Assembly (NCBI RefSeq): GCF_006345805.1
Contig: NC_043025.1
Location: forward strand, 13,206,001 to 13,270,000
Direction: 5' to 3'
DNA: 64,000 bases
DNA from: Octopus sinensis
Lineage: Eukaryota
The notes beneath the pieces were generated by a model. That model made no database searches. It saw only the letters and a program-made list of their open reading frames with translations, and was not told the origin of the DNA. Below, piece by piece: positions 13,735 to 26,796 of this stretch. Within the stretch, counting starts at the first letter, position 1; every line of letters starts with the position of its first letter. The translations under genes and the position numbers were made by a program.

Positions 13735-15376
13735 TTCAACCATTTCATGCCAATCCATCTGAGACCATCCCCACTCATTCTGTAATACAAAACTTCCTGT
13801 TCCAAAGTGATTGAAATTAAAACCTTTCATTAAAATTTCATGTTAATTAATGTTACAAATACCAGATTAATTAATTACTCTCTTTTACTCTTTTACTTGT
13901 TTCAGTCATTTGACTGCGGCCATGCTGGAGCACCACCTTTAGTCGAGCAACTCGACCCCGGGACTTATTTTTTTGTAAGCCCAGTACTTATTCTATCGGT
14001 CTCTTTTGCCGAACCGCTAAGTGACGGGGACGTAAACACACCAGCATCGGTTGTCAAGCAATGCTAGGGGGACAAACACAGACACACAAACACAGACACA
14101 CAAACACACACACACAAATATATACACACATACATATATACGACAGGCTTCTTTCAGTTTCCGTCTACCAAATCTACTCACAAGGCATTGGTCGGCCCGA
14201 GGCTATAGTAGAAGACTCTTGCCCAAGGTGCCACGCAGTGGGACTGAACCCGGAACCATGTGGTTGGTTAGCAAGCTACTTACCACACAGCCACTCCTGT
14301 GCCTATATGCAGAGAATTAAAACGAAGGCAGTCTATTTGAACAGGAATAGGGTAACAAAAGGGTTTAAGGTCCCGTATGTAATATAGGGACCATATAGGT
14401 TCTGTTGGGTACTGCTTATATAAATTTTTAGTAGATATGGGTGGGTCTGGTTTGACCATGTCTTTTCATAGTTTCTTTAACCCTTTTCATACCAATCCAT
14501 CTAAGACCATCCCCACTGGTTCCATGATCAAAACCTCCTGTTTAAACTGATTTGAATTAAAGACCTTCCACCAAATTTTCATATACCAAACACCAGATTA
14601 ATTAATGATGAAATTATTTTACTAAATTCTTAATTATTTTCAAAGTGTATTTCAACAGAAATATGGTAAGTAAATGGCTTAAGGTCCTGTATGTAATATA
14701 GGGACCATACTGGTTGTGTGTACAGAACATGGGTAGCAGATAGCTTCCCTGGGTACTGTTTACCGTGTTGGTTGATAGCTTCTTTAACCCTTTTCATACC
14801 AATCCACCTGAGACCACCCCCACTGATTCTACGATACAAACTTCCTCTTTTAAAGTGATCTTAGTTAAAACCTTCTATCAAAATTCCAAGGTAACCTATG
14901 TTTCTAAACACCTGATTAATTAATGACAAAAGTGTTTTAGTAAATTCTTCGTTAATTTCCAAATTAATAGGAACAAAGTCAGTGTATGTCAATAAAGACA
15001 TGGTAACAAAAAGATTAAGGGCTGTATGTAATATAGGGACCGTATTGGTTCTGTGTACACAACCTGGGTAGCAGATAGCTTCCCTGGGTACCAGAGACTT
15101 TCAGCAGATGTGGGTGGGTCTCGCTTGGTCATGTTGCTTGATAGCTTCTTTAACCCTTTTCATACCGATCCATCTGAGACCATCCCCACTGATTATATGA
15201 TGTAAACTTCTTGTTTTAATGTGATCCAAATTAAGACCTTTTATCATAATTTCATGATAATTCATGTTTCAAACACCAGGTTAATTAATTAACGACAAAG
15301 TTATTATGCTAAATTTTCGAAATTTCTGGAAACGAAAAACTGAATTTCAACAGAAATATTGCAACACTAGGGTTAA
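13735..15376. mobile_element. Tandem run of four diverged piggyBac-like MITEs with a shared spacer; first copy interrupted by SINE-A
   Basis: Repeated TTAACCCTTTTCATACC...AAAGGGTTAA-like termini and a repeated spacer containing tgtatgtaatatagggacc. Confidence 0.65.
13878..14304 (-). mobile_element. SINE-A, full length (tRNA-like head, CORE-like ACCTTGGGCAAGT, TA/TG linker, AAAAGAGT tail)
   Basis: Box A TGGCTGTGTGG, box B GGTTCAGTCCC. Further full or partial copies at about 7165, 7672, 8390, 11808, 15785, 16915, 24520, 28980, 29715, 30125, 37310, 40065, 53315, 60862. Confidence 0.85.
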
Positions 15377-17074
15377 CCCCCACCCCCAGTCACACTTTAA
15401 CTCACCAAATCTCTGAGCCCTAAATTTTACACTCCACCCCACACAACGTGGTCTTCTACTGTAATTCCATTCTAAGCTGGCAGAATCATTAGATTCATAA
15501 AAAAAAAAGGTTTTGTGATATTTCTTCCAATTATTTATATTCTAAGTTCAAATTCTGCCATAGCTAAATTTGCTTTTTTATCCCTCCATGGTTGAAAAGA
15601 GTGGTTAAGTGTCTTGCACAGGGGTTGATTTAATCAACTATGGACCCTCCCCTCAAAATTTCGGCTCTGTACCTAAATCAGAAACAATGGTTAGAATTCC
15701 ATTCTTCTCTCAAATGTTTTATATGAATATTAACACCATTGCCATCCTTAAGGCTCACATAACACATGCATACAATCATACATATACCACATGGTTCTGG
15801 GTTCAGTCCCACTGTGTGGCACCTTGGGCAAGTGTCTTCTACTATAGCCTCGGGCTGACCAAAGCCTTGTGAGTGGATTGGTAGACAGAAACTGAAAGAA
15901 GCCCGTTGTATATATGTATATGTATATGTATATATATATATGTATGTGTGTGTATATGTTTGAGTGTCTGTGTTTGTCCCCTCAACATCGCTTGACAACT
16001 GATGCTGGTATATATATGTATATATATATGTATGTGTGTGTATATGTTTGTCACCCAACATCACTTGAAAATCGATGCTGGTGTGTTTATGTCTCCGTAA
16101 CTTAGCAGTTTGGCAAAAAGAGACCGATAGAATAAGTACTAGGCTTCCAAAGAATAAGTTCTAGGGTCGTCGATTTGCTCCACTAAAGGCGGTGCTCCAG
16201 CATGGCCTCAGTCAAATGACTGAAACAAGTAAAAGACAGCACCAGGTAAAATGTTTAGTGGCATTTTGTCAGTCTTTGGCATTCTGAGTTCAAATCCCAC
16301 CCAGGTCAACTTTGCCTTTCGTCCTTTCGGGGTTGATAAAATAAGTACCAGTTGCACACTGGGGCTGATGTAACTGGCTGACCCCCACCTCCCTTGAACC
16401 TGGTCTTTTGCCAAAATTTGAAATCATTATAATTTCAGGTGCTGCAGTTGGGGGTTTCAAATTACCCCTTGTCCTGAAACTGAAAGGCTTTCTGCCTCAA
16501 TTTCAAATAATTCTCCTTCCTCCTCCTCCTCTTCTCATTCTTCTTCTTCCTCTTTCTTCTTCTTTTCCTCTCCTCTCCTTCCTCTCCTTTTCACCTCCTC
16601 CCATTTCTTAACAGTCATAGTGGTAGTGGTGGTGGTATTCATAGTAGTAGTAGTAGTACTAGTAGCAGGGTGTAAGTGTTGCCCCAGATATTCAAACAAG
16701 AGGTCGTCACCCTTATGCGCACCCACCCGTATCCCCTACCCCGCCAAAATTCTGTAAAATTTGTACTTTGGAAAATTGCTTTTTCCTCGTCAACAAATTA
16801 AAAATATATTGAGATGTCTTTTCGTTTGTGTATGTCTGCATGCATACATACATGCCTATATACACACACATACATTCAGGCGAATATACACACATAAATA
16901 TATATGAACATACGTAGGCTGTGTGGTAAGTAGCTTGCTTGCGAACTACATGGTTGCGGGTTCAGTCCCACTGCGTGGCACCTTGGGCAAGTGTCTTCTG
17001 CTATAGCCTCGGGCTAAACAAAGCCTTGTGAGTGGATTTGGTAGACGGAAACTGAAAGAAGCCCCTCGTATATA

Positions 17075-17142
<68 letters not shown>

Positions 17143-17597
17143 TGTGTGCGTGTTGGTCCCCCAACATCGCTTGACAACCGATGCTGGTGTGTTTACCTCC
17201 CCTTAACTTAGCGGTTCGGCAAAAATGACCGATAGAATAAGTACTGGGCTTACAAAGAATAAGTCCTGGGGTTCGATTTCTTCGACTGAAATCCTTCAAG
17301 GCGGTGCCCCCGAATGGCCGTAGTCTAATGACTGAAGCAAGTAAAAAAAATGGGGGGGGGGCGAGAAGAAACTTTAAAGCATTTAGTCCAATGAACTAAC
17401 GAAACAGGCAGTCCAACCATGCCCACCACGTCTTCCCCCCCCCCTTCCATCGTCCTACATTGCGTTTCGTGTGAATGTCTTGTGGTAACCTCGCGTTGAC
17501 CTCCTGTGAGAGGGTGGGAGTGATAGCGGTGGGGGTAGTGTGAGGAGCTTTGTGAACAGGCTTTATAAAACAGGTGGCGGTAGTGTTGGTGGTGACG

Positions 17598-17706
17598 GCG
17601 CGGTCTATTCTACCACCCCATCTCCACCCAGCAGATTAGGACGGGGGAAGGTGATAGTGCCACCGTGGCCTCACATCGACTCGGGTGAAGATGGTGGCGA
17701 CGGAGT

Positions 17707-17744
<38 letters not shown>

Positions 17745-18610
17745 GGTGGTGGTGGCGGTATGGTCTCTTCTACCACCCCTCTCCTCCACCAGATTAGGAC
17801 GGGGGAAGGTAAGAGTGTCATCGTTACCCACATCGAGTCGGGTGAAGATGGTGGCGACGGAGGAGGGAGAGAGAGAGAGAGAGAGAGAGAAAGAAAACGA
17901 GAGAGTAAGAAAGACAGGGTGGTGGTGGTGGCGGTAACGGTATATTATATTCCACCTCATCAGGATACATTCAGGTGGGGAAAGAGAGAGAGAGACAGAT
18001 AGACAAAGAGGGAGGGAAAGCGAGAGAGACAGACAGAGAGGGGCGGCGGTGGTGACGACTCATTCTATTCCCCCCCCTCACTCCCGCACATACACACACC
18101 AGATGAGGAAGGGAAAGGTAACATTGTCGTCGTGGCCCATATCGATTAGGGTGGCGATGGGGAGAGAGAGAGAGAAAGACAGATAGATAGATAGATAGAC
18201 AGTCAAATAGAGATAGACAGAGACAGAGAGAGAGGGAGGTATGGCCAGAAAGACAGACAGTGAGGGCGGCGGCGGTGACGATTCATTCTATTTCCCCCCC
18301 TCACTCCCGCACATACACACCACGTTAGGAAGGGGAGAGAGAGAGAGAGAGAGACAGAGAGATAGACAGAGAGATAGACAGATACAGAGCAAGAGAGGGT
18401 GGCGGCGGCATTGATTCATTCTATTCCCCCCCTCACTCCCGCACATACACACCAGATGAGGAAGGGGAAAGGTAATGTTGTCGTCGTGGCCCATATCGAT
18501 TGAGGTGGCGATGGGGAGAGAGAGAAGAGAGAGAGAGAGAGGCAGAGAGAGACAGATAGAGAGAGAGAGAGAGAGAGGGGAAGACAGTGATAGAGAGAGG
18601 GTGGCGGCGG
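17598..18610. repeat. Compound minisatellite with (GA)n blocks (two unit types)
   Basis: gattaggacgggggaagg unit x2; cccccctcactcccgcacatacacac unit x3. Confidence 0.8.
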
Positions 18611-20821
18611 CGTTGAGTCTCACGGGTTGTTTGTCTCGGATGTCTCCTTGTTTGTTCTTTGTCCTTCAGATTTGACACAAAACAACATCGTCGACGTTGA
18701 TGACGACAACAACTTTATCAGGGTGACACGACGAAGGGTTTGGAGTGTCTCACGATAAAGACATTGTTTTCATTTCATCATTGGCCATGCTGGGGCACCA
18801 CATTACTCTTTTACTGGTTTCAGTCATTCGAGCGAGGTCGTTGCCAGTGCCGCTGGAATGACTCCTGTGCAAGTGGCACGTAAAAAGCACCATTTGAGCG
18901 TGGCCATTGCCAGTACCTATTTCTTTACTACCCACAAGGGGCTAAACACAGAGGGGACAAACAAGGACAGACAAAGGGGTTAAGTCGATTATATCGACCC
19001 CAGTGCGTAACTGGTACTTTATTTATCGACCCCGAAAGGATGAAAGGCAAAGTCGACCTCGGCGGAATTTGAACTCAGAACGTAACGGCACACGAAATAC
19101 CTATTTCTTTACTACCCACAAGGGGCTGCACATAGAAGGGACAAACAAGGACAGACAAAGGGATTAAGTCGATTACATCGACTCCAGTGCATAACTGGTA
19201 TTTAATTTATCGTTCCAGAAAGGATGAAAGGCAAAGTCGACCTCGGCGGAATTTGAACTCAGAACGTAACGTCAGACGAAATACGGCTACGCATTTCGTC
19301 CGGCGTGCTAACGATTCTGCCAGCTCGCCGCCTGTACTGGCCATTGCCAGTACCACCTGACTGGCCCTCGTGCCAGTGGCACATAAAAGCACCATTTGAG
19401 TTTTACCAGCGTCGCCTTAGTGTCACTTGTGCCGGTGGCACATGAACAAAACATTCGAGCGAGGTCATTGCCAGTGCCGCTGGAATGGCTCTTGTGCAGG
19501 TGACACGTAAAAAAAACACCATTTAAGCATGGCCGTTGCCAGTACCGCCTGACTGCCCCTCGTGCCAGTGGCACATAAAAGCACCCACTGCACTCTCGGA
19601 GTGGTTGGCGTTAGGAAGGGCATCCAGCTGTAGAAACACTGCCAGATCAAGACTGGAGCCTGGTGCAGCCTCTTGGCTCACCAGTCCTCAGTCAAATTGT
19701 CCAAACCCATGCCAGCATGGAAAGAAGCCATTAAACAATGATGATGATGATGATGATATATATATATATTCACATACATGGGGAATATGTATAATTCTAT
19801 ATCCATTGAAAGATAAAGTTGTATATTGATGTACTTATCTATATGTTTGAATATGTTTGTGTGTGTGTAAAGTGTGTGATGATACACCAACATGGTGTGT
19901 TAATGGTTTATCAGTCAACTGATAAGAGCCCAAGGCCACAGTGGTGGTGGTGTGTGAGTGTTTGTGGTGGTAGTGGTGCTGTGTGAAGGTGGTGGTGTGT
20001 GGAGGTTGTGGTGGTGATGGTGGTGATAGTAGTAGTGGCGGTGGTGACCCTGGAACCTCAAACCACTTAAGTTTTGCTTTACAACTATCTCTTATCACCA
20101 TCATCATCATCATCATTATCATCATCCTAAATCCTGGGGTCGATTTCTTCGACTAAAGGCGGTGCTCCAGCATGGCCACAGCCAAATGACTGAAACAAGT
20201 AAAGGAGTATAGTAACAATGATGATGATGATGATGATGATAACGAAGATCTTCCACAATGGATGATGATGGGTTTTTCTCCTTAAGTTTTTTGTGAGGAG
20301 GAACAGGAGTAGTTGTGACCCTTTAAAGATTGTCTGCGACTAGTGGTGGTAGTGGTGGGGGGCATGTATGGAGGGGGAAGTATGGAGGGAGGAAGCTATT
20401 TGGAAACTGGAGACCCATCTCAAATGTCTGCAACACAGTAGGGTCCACGGTAGGTACCCCATGGTGGCAGCCAATGCAGGATTTGAACTCAGAACCCAAA
20501 GAGACAGATCAAATACCAAAAGGCATTTGGCCCCCATATAGTCCCAACTACCCACCCATCAGCCCTGTACTGGTACATTTGTTCTTCCTTTATATCAACC
20601 CCTGAAAAGACGAAAGGCAAAGCTGACCTTGGTGGGATTTGAACTTAAGAGTGCAAGGAGCCGAAACACAAAATGCCATGCAACCCTGCATGTAACATAA
20701 CCACATTCCTTGCTCAGTCAACCATTTTGATTAAATTCTTTTAATCTTCCTCCATTGTTTGTTTAGCTCTGATCTAAACGACTTCTTCAAATACCTTGAC
20801 TCATTATAATCATAATTAGTA

Positions 20822-21219
20822 CTAGCAGTATCGCCCGGCGTTGCTCGGGTTTGTAAGGGAAATAACTATATAAGCATTTTTAGAGATGTAAAGTATAATA
20901 GCCATCTCAATATGGCTAACCACAAAGGGGGGGTGTTACTGTAGCTTTTTACGTTCTGAGATTTAATAATAATTTTTTAGAGAGTTACTTCCCTTATATA
21001 TGCCAAAAATGCATTAAAAATGGGAAAAATTGATGGTAATTTTTTTTTTTTAACCGTAGACTCATCGTTGACGCGCGCTAATACCCAGAAGGGCTCGATA
21101 TGAATCTCGACTATAAGATACCCGGTTTTGGTTACACTGCACCACAAAATGTGGGAGTAGTTAGGAATCTAAATCGGAGGAGACAGACTCTCACACAACC
21201 TCTCTTTTATATATAAAGA
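20822..21219 (-). mobile_element. Non-autonomous Helitron (same family)
   Basis: Reverse complement of TC...CTAG with the same hairpin, inserted at an AT dinucleotide. Confidence 0.85.
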
Positions 21220-22671
21220 TTATTATTGTTGTTGTTGAAAGGCAGTGAGATGGCAGACTCATTAGCACAATGGGTGAAATGCTCAGTGGTATACCCCCCG
21301 CCCAAAACCCACGTCTCTATGTTCTGAGTTCAAATTCCACTGAGGTCAACTTTGCCTCTCATCCTTTCATTTCATAAAATGAAATGCTGGGGAAAAGGGG
21401 CAGCCTTGTATCTTCAATAGAAAGGGTTGTTATTATTATGACTGAGAGGGGACAAACAAGGACAGACAATGGGATTAAGTCGATTACATCGACCCCAGTG
21501 CTTTATATATAGAGAGATTGGGTGAGAGAGCAGTTCATGCCATCAAAGTCACACTGGGGTAAAATGTACGAAGCCCAGTATACCCATCATGACTACCCGT
21601 CTGATAAGGGTACACCAGGCACATGCATCACAACCATATGTGCGCGACATGGTGATCTCATATCGAGATAAACAGCACATGACCTTGCAGGTGGGGCCCA
21701 GTTAGAATTTTCTTCTGGTCGAGTAACCCATCCCGCTCAAAAGGTCCCTGAATAAGGATTGCTTAAGGATGTTGAACAAAACACCCATGTTTCCCGAGGT
21801 GAATTATTCAAACCTCGAACAATTCCTTTCAACACATGGCTACGATGCTCCCCCACGACCTCTGCTTCCTAACACCAACCACTCCGTGAGTGTAGTGGGT
21901 GGTTTTTAAGTGCCACCGGCACAGGTGCCAGGCGAGGCTGGCAATGGCCACGATCAGTTGGTGCTTTTTACGTGCCACCGGCACAGAAGCCAGTCAAGGC
22001 GGCGCTGGCATCGGCCACGTTCGGATGGTGCTTTGTAAGTGCCACCGGCACAGGGATCACACCGACGGTATCAGGGCGTGTATAAGTCTTGAAAGAATTA
22101 CAAAAATCGATTCCTGGTGAGAATGCGATCGATAAAGCCGTGGGAACGTGCATTTGTACGTGCAAATACGTCAGCTGTTGCGATCGATACTACGCGTACG
22201 CGAGAAAAATGCACATGCAGTTTGAACAAAAAAAAAAGCCGGCTGGCTTGAAATAATTCCACAAAATGGGACGGTCGGACAAGTTGTTTTGAGAAAATTT
22301 GGTTTAAATGTTTGACAACTCAGCACCGTCCATTGGACAGGAGGTGGGGGGACGTTTTGCTCGTATATGTTATATATGTAGTTCAAATTTACAGAAAATA
22401 AAAGATGACCGTTAGTAAGGAGAGACACACAAATAAGAAAGAAGAAAGTAAAGGACCACTGATGAGGTCACAGGAGTGTGACGAAAGAACTCTGGCCGAA
22501 ATAAGATTAAGATTAATGTAAAAGATAAATAAAGCTGAAGCAAAGTAACATCAAATATATAGTGCGTGTGTTTTTATTGGCTAAACTGGCAATATGACCA
22601 TTCCGAAATACAACAACATCTGTTTCAACACACGATTTCACATCAAGAAGTTTGCAAAACAAAATATATAT

Positions 22672-22860
22672 ATATATTTATTTATTTATATGAAGGGCAT
22701 TACTATACATAAACACCTCACGCTAAGAGGGACTCTTAAAGTAAAAACTACAATAATAACTATATGTGTGTGCGCGTGTTATAGTAGTTTTGACTTTAAG
22801 AGTCCCTCCTAGCGTGAGGCATTTATGTATAGTAATGCCCTGAATATAAATAAATATATT
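22672..22860. mobile_element. Foldback MITE-like element (~85-bp imperfect arms)
   Basis: gggcattactatacataaa...gagggactcttaaagt paired with actttaagagtccctc...tttatgtatagtaatgccc; TA-rich flanks. Confidence 0.6.
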
Positions 22861-22924
22861 TATAGGGAATAATTAATAAATTTTTCCCTTATGAGGTTTT
22901 TCACGCTAACTACTTGATAAATTC

Positions 22925-22955
<31 letters not shown>

Positions 22956-23018
22956 CACGCATACATGTGCTGTGTGAATTGATTTTGGCCGACACATCTT
23001 TCATTAAAATTATTACAC

Positions 23019-23071
<53 letters not shown>

Positions 23072-24145
23072 TTTTTGGCAATCTTTCGTCTCTAGTAGAC
23101 CTTTCCGTCGATTTCCGTAAAAATTTTTTTTTTTTTACATATGGGCTTGCGGGAACTTTTGAAGTAATGAGAGCGAAAGAGACTAAGAGAAAGCGATTGT
23201 ATGACGAGGGAAGTTCTTTTGAAGTTACCGTGCATGGCAAGCATTGATGTACATGTGTGTGTGTGTGTGTGTGTGTATAAAAAATCGGCGATCTTTCGTC
23301 TCTAGTAGACCTTTCCGTCGATTTCCGTAAAAAAATATTTTTTTTTACATATGGGCTTGCGGGAACTATTGAAGTAATATACATACATATACATATACAC
23401 CGAGTAAAAAATTCCAGTTATCTCTTTCTTTCACACATTACTCTGTCTCTTCACACACACTAACAGAAGCACTTCACTTACACAACATACTGTCTGTCTC
23501 CCACACCCCATCAAACACACACACACATGTACATCAATGCTTCACATGCACGGTAACTTCAAAAGAACTTCCCTCGTCATACAATCGCTTCCTCTTAGTC
23601 TCTTTCGCTCTCATTAAGTTTACCGAAAAACGGAAGGGCTGCTCCGGGAGGCACACACTCTAGCTACGCCAGAGGATTTCACAAAACTTAGATAAATTTC
23701 GGTAAGTACTGCGCACCAAGCTGTCGGTCATTGACTCGCTGGTATTGTTATTACAGCGAAATAATAAAATAAAATCACACACACATACATATATACATAC
23801 ATATATACATTCATACATAGATACGTATATATACATACATACATACATACATACCTATATACATACATACATACATATATACATACATACATACATACAT
23901 ATATACATACATACATACATACATACATACATACCTATATACATACATACATACATATATACATACATACATACATACACGCATACACGTCTGGGACTAA
24001 TTTTTTACCTTTAAATTCGGCAAAGAATCGAAACCGCCACTCCACTAATTAAGATTAACAACGTTCCCACACCTTAAACCAGCGAAAATATATATATATA
24101 ATATAAATAATATGGTCCCTAAATAGGACCCAAACGAATCCTTAC

Positions 24146-24156
24146 CTTTTGCTCAT
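24146..24156 (-). CDS. Candidate start-codon exon of an unidentified minus-strand gene
   Basis: Minus strand reads acaaccATG AGC AAA AG|gtaagg (good Kozak context, strong donor, phase 2), preceded by about 200 nt of unique UTR-like sequence. Confidence 0.35.
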
Positions 24157-24387
24157 GGTTGTGGAGTTGTTGGTTGGTCCGGGTCCACCAAAGAAGAATT
24201 AGAAGAAAGATCTGATGGACTTTTTAAGTCGACGAAGTCAGAGAAATTGTGACAAGAGAAAAGTTTTGCACTGTTTAAACAGGGTTGACCTTGTTTTAAG
24301 AGCGATGAACGGGGGGTAGCGGTGGCAGTGGTGTGTGAGACACTAATATACATACATGTATAATATATATATATATTATATATATAT

Positions 24388-24432
<45 letters not shown>

Positions 24433-24726
24433 AGTGTGTGATTTGAATTATATTAATGGTTGTGGTGGTGGTGGTGGTGATAGCAACGGGGGTTCATGTG
24501 TGGTGTTGGTGGTAGTGGCTACGTTGGCGCAAACACAAACATATACACACACATACATATATACGACGGGCTTCTTTCAGTTTCCGTCTACCAAATCCAC
24601 TCACAAGGCATTGGTCAACCCGAGGCTATAGTAGAAGACACTTTCCCAAGGTGCCTCGCAATGGGATTGAACCCGGGAACATGTGGTTAGCAAGCAAGCT
24701 GCTTACCACACAGCCACTCCTGCACC

Positions 24727-24837
<111 letters not shown>

Positions 24838-24838
24838 A

Positions 24839-24938
<100 letters not shown>

Positions 24939-24970
24939 ATATATTATATATATATAATATATAATATATT

Positions 24971-25008
<38 letters not shown>

Positions 25009-25012
25009 ACTC

Positions 25013-25380
25013 CAAATTAGAGAATGGAGAAAATACTTAAATCAGTAAAACATCAACTATCCGATGATACTCAATCCATACTTTAATACACCATTACATA
25101 TGAGTAAAGGCAATACATAAAATGAAATGAGATATACAGTAATAGTAACAAGATAAAGAGATATAAGTAAAAATTTTCAAATATAATATGCAATTATTTG
25201 CATATTATATTTGAAAATTTTTTACTTATATCTCTTTATCTTGTTACTATTACTGTATATCTCATTCATTTTATGTATTGCCTTTACTCATATGTAATGG
25301 TGTATTAAAGTATGGATTGAGTATCATCGGATAGTTGATGTTTTTACTGATTTAAGTATATTTCTCCATTCTCTAATTTG
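25013..25380. repeat. ~370-bp near-perfect palindrome, 4-nt spacer
   Basis: Arms 25013-25193 and 25198-25380; centre tgcaa-ttat-ttgca. Confidence 0.95.
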
Positions 25381-25552
25381 TAGTATTAATTTACGGTAAT
25401 ATTATTACCTTTACCCATATAATGCAAAAGATGAACTGATTGTTTGACAATTTTAACATCTAGTATTAATTTTGTTGGGTACCTATAGCAGTATATTGGA
25501 TATATATTATCCCATGGTGGGTTGAATTTTCAACCCCTATCTCATTTTATAA

Positions 25553-25602
<50 letters not shown>

Positions 25603-25611
25603 ATATGTATG

Positions 25612-26031
25612 TATTATAAAAGGAGAAAGGGGCTCTCTTACTCCACTTTTGACCAGGCTCCGTGGCTTTTATGGGTTAGATATTATGTAGTATAAAGAAG
25701 TATTATAAAAGGAGAAAGGGGCTCTCTACTCCCCTTTTGACCAGACTCCCGTGGCTTTTATGGGTTAGATATTATGTAGTACAAAAAAGTATTATGAAAG
25801 GAGAAAGGGGCTCTCTACCCCACTTTTGACCAGGCTCCCGTGGCTTTTATGGGTTAGATATTATGTCGTATAAAAAAGTATTATAAAAGGAGAAAGGGGC
25901 TCTCTACCCCACTTTTGACCAGGCTCCCGTGGCTTTTATGGGTTAGATATTATGTCGTATAAAAAAGTATTATAAAAGGAGAAAGGGGCTCTCTACCCCA
26001 CTTTTCACCAGGTTCCCGTGGCTTTTATGGG
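25612..26031. repeat. ~89-bp minisatellite, 5 units
   Basis: tattataaaaggagaaaggggctctcta... at 25612, 25701, 25790, 25879, 25968. Confidence 0.95.
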
Positions 26032-26489
26032 TTTTTCCATGAGTAACCCTTCGAAGCGCCCCCCCCCTATTGGGAGTTTTAATTGTTACTTATATTTCGT
26101 TGTTATCCTGCTTTTGTACCTGGACCTTTTTCAAACGGACAAAACCCTTTGTAACTTTCCTCCTGTGTTTTGTCCCTTTATGTTTTGATTTTTGTTAACC
26201 CTTGTGGCCAATGAACGAATGAATCATTATTATTATTATTATTCCTGTCCGCCCACCAGCATTTTTTAGTTGAAAGGTGGGTCAACGTGACCAGGATGGC
26301 CCGATTCTGAGGAGTAAGTCTGTAAGCTACAAAAGGAGGAGGAGGAGGAGGAGGAGGAGTTGGCAAAGACTGAGGTGCTCTGGTCAGGGTGACCCGACTG
26401 TCTGCGGTTTCTTGGTTGGCCTTGAGTGGTACTTCCCACCCCACTCCCACTTCATTTTGGCTGATTTTTATTATTAAAAAATTTCCTTT

Positions 26490-26760
26490 GTTATTTACTT
26501 TCACTTTAACGGAGACGGAGGTATTTTTTTTTCAGTCATATTTCTTTGTCTGTGGACAAGATATCTCAAGAGCCGCTGGATGGATTCGGATGAAACTTTC
26601 AGATATATTTGGCCTCATGACTGGCACAAACTGATTTGATTTTGGGATCGATCCAGCCCCGGACAAGGATTCTGGATTATTTGTTATATTTACTTTACTT
26701 TCTCCCTTGAAAGCCCGCTCATGGTTTCCACGTAAGCTATGGTGGCGTTGCCGTTTCCAA
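26490..26760. mobile_element. Possible Helentron-associated (HINE/DINE-like) element
   Basis: ggatggattcggatgaaactttcag...gattttgggatcgatcc resembles HINE bodies; termini not resolved. Confidence 0.35.
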
Positions 26761-26796
26761 AGTTCTGTTTTCGTTTCTCTATTATTAATTTTACTT

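Noticed and set aside
25612-26031. CRISPR-like appearance of regular repeats (also 33841-34318)
   Set aside because: No unique spacers, no cas genes, eukaryotic context
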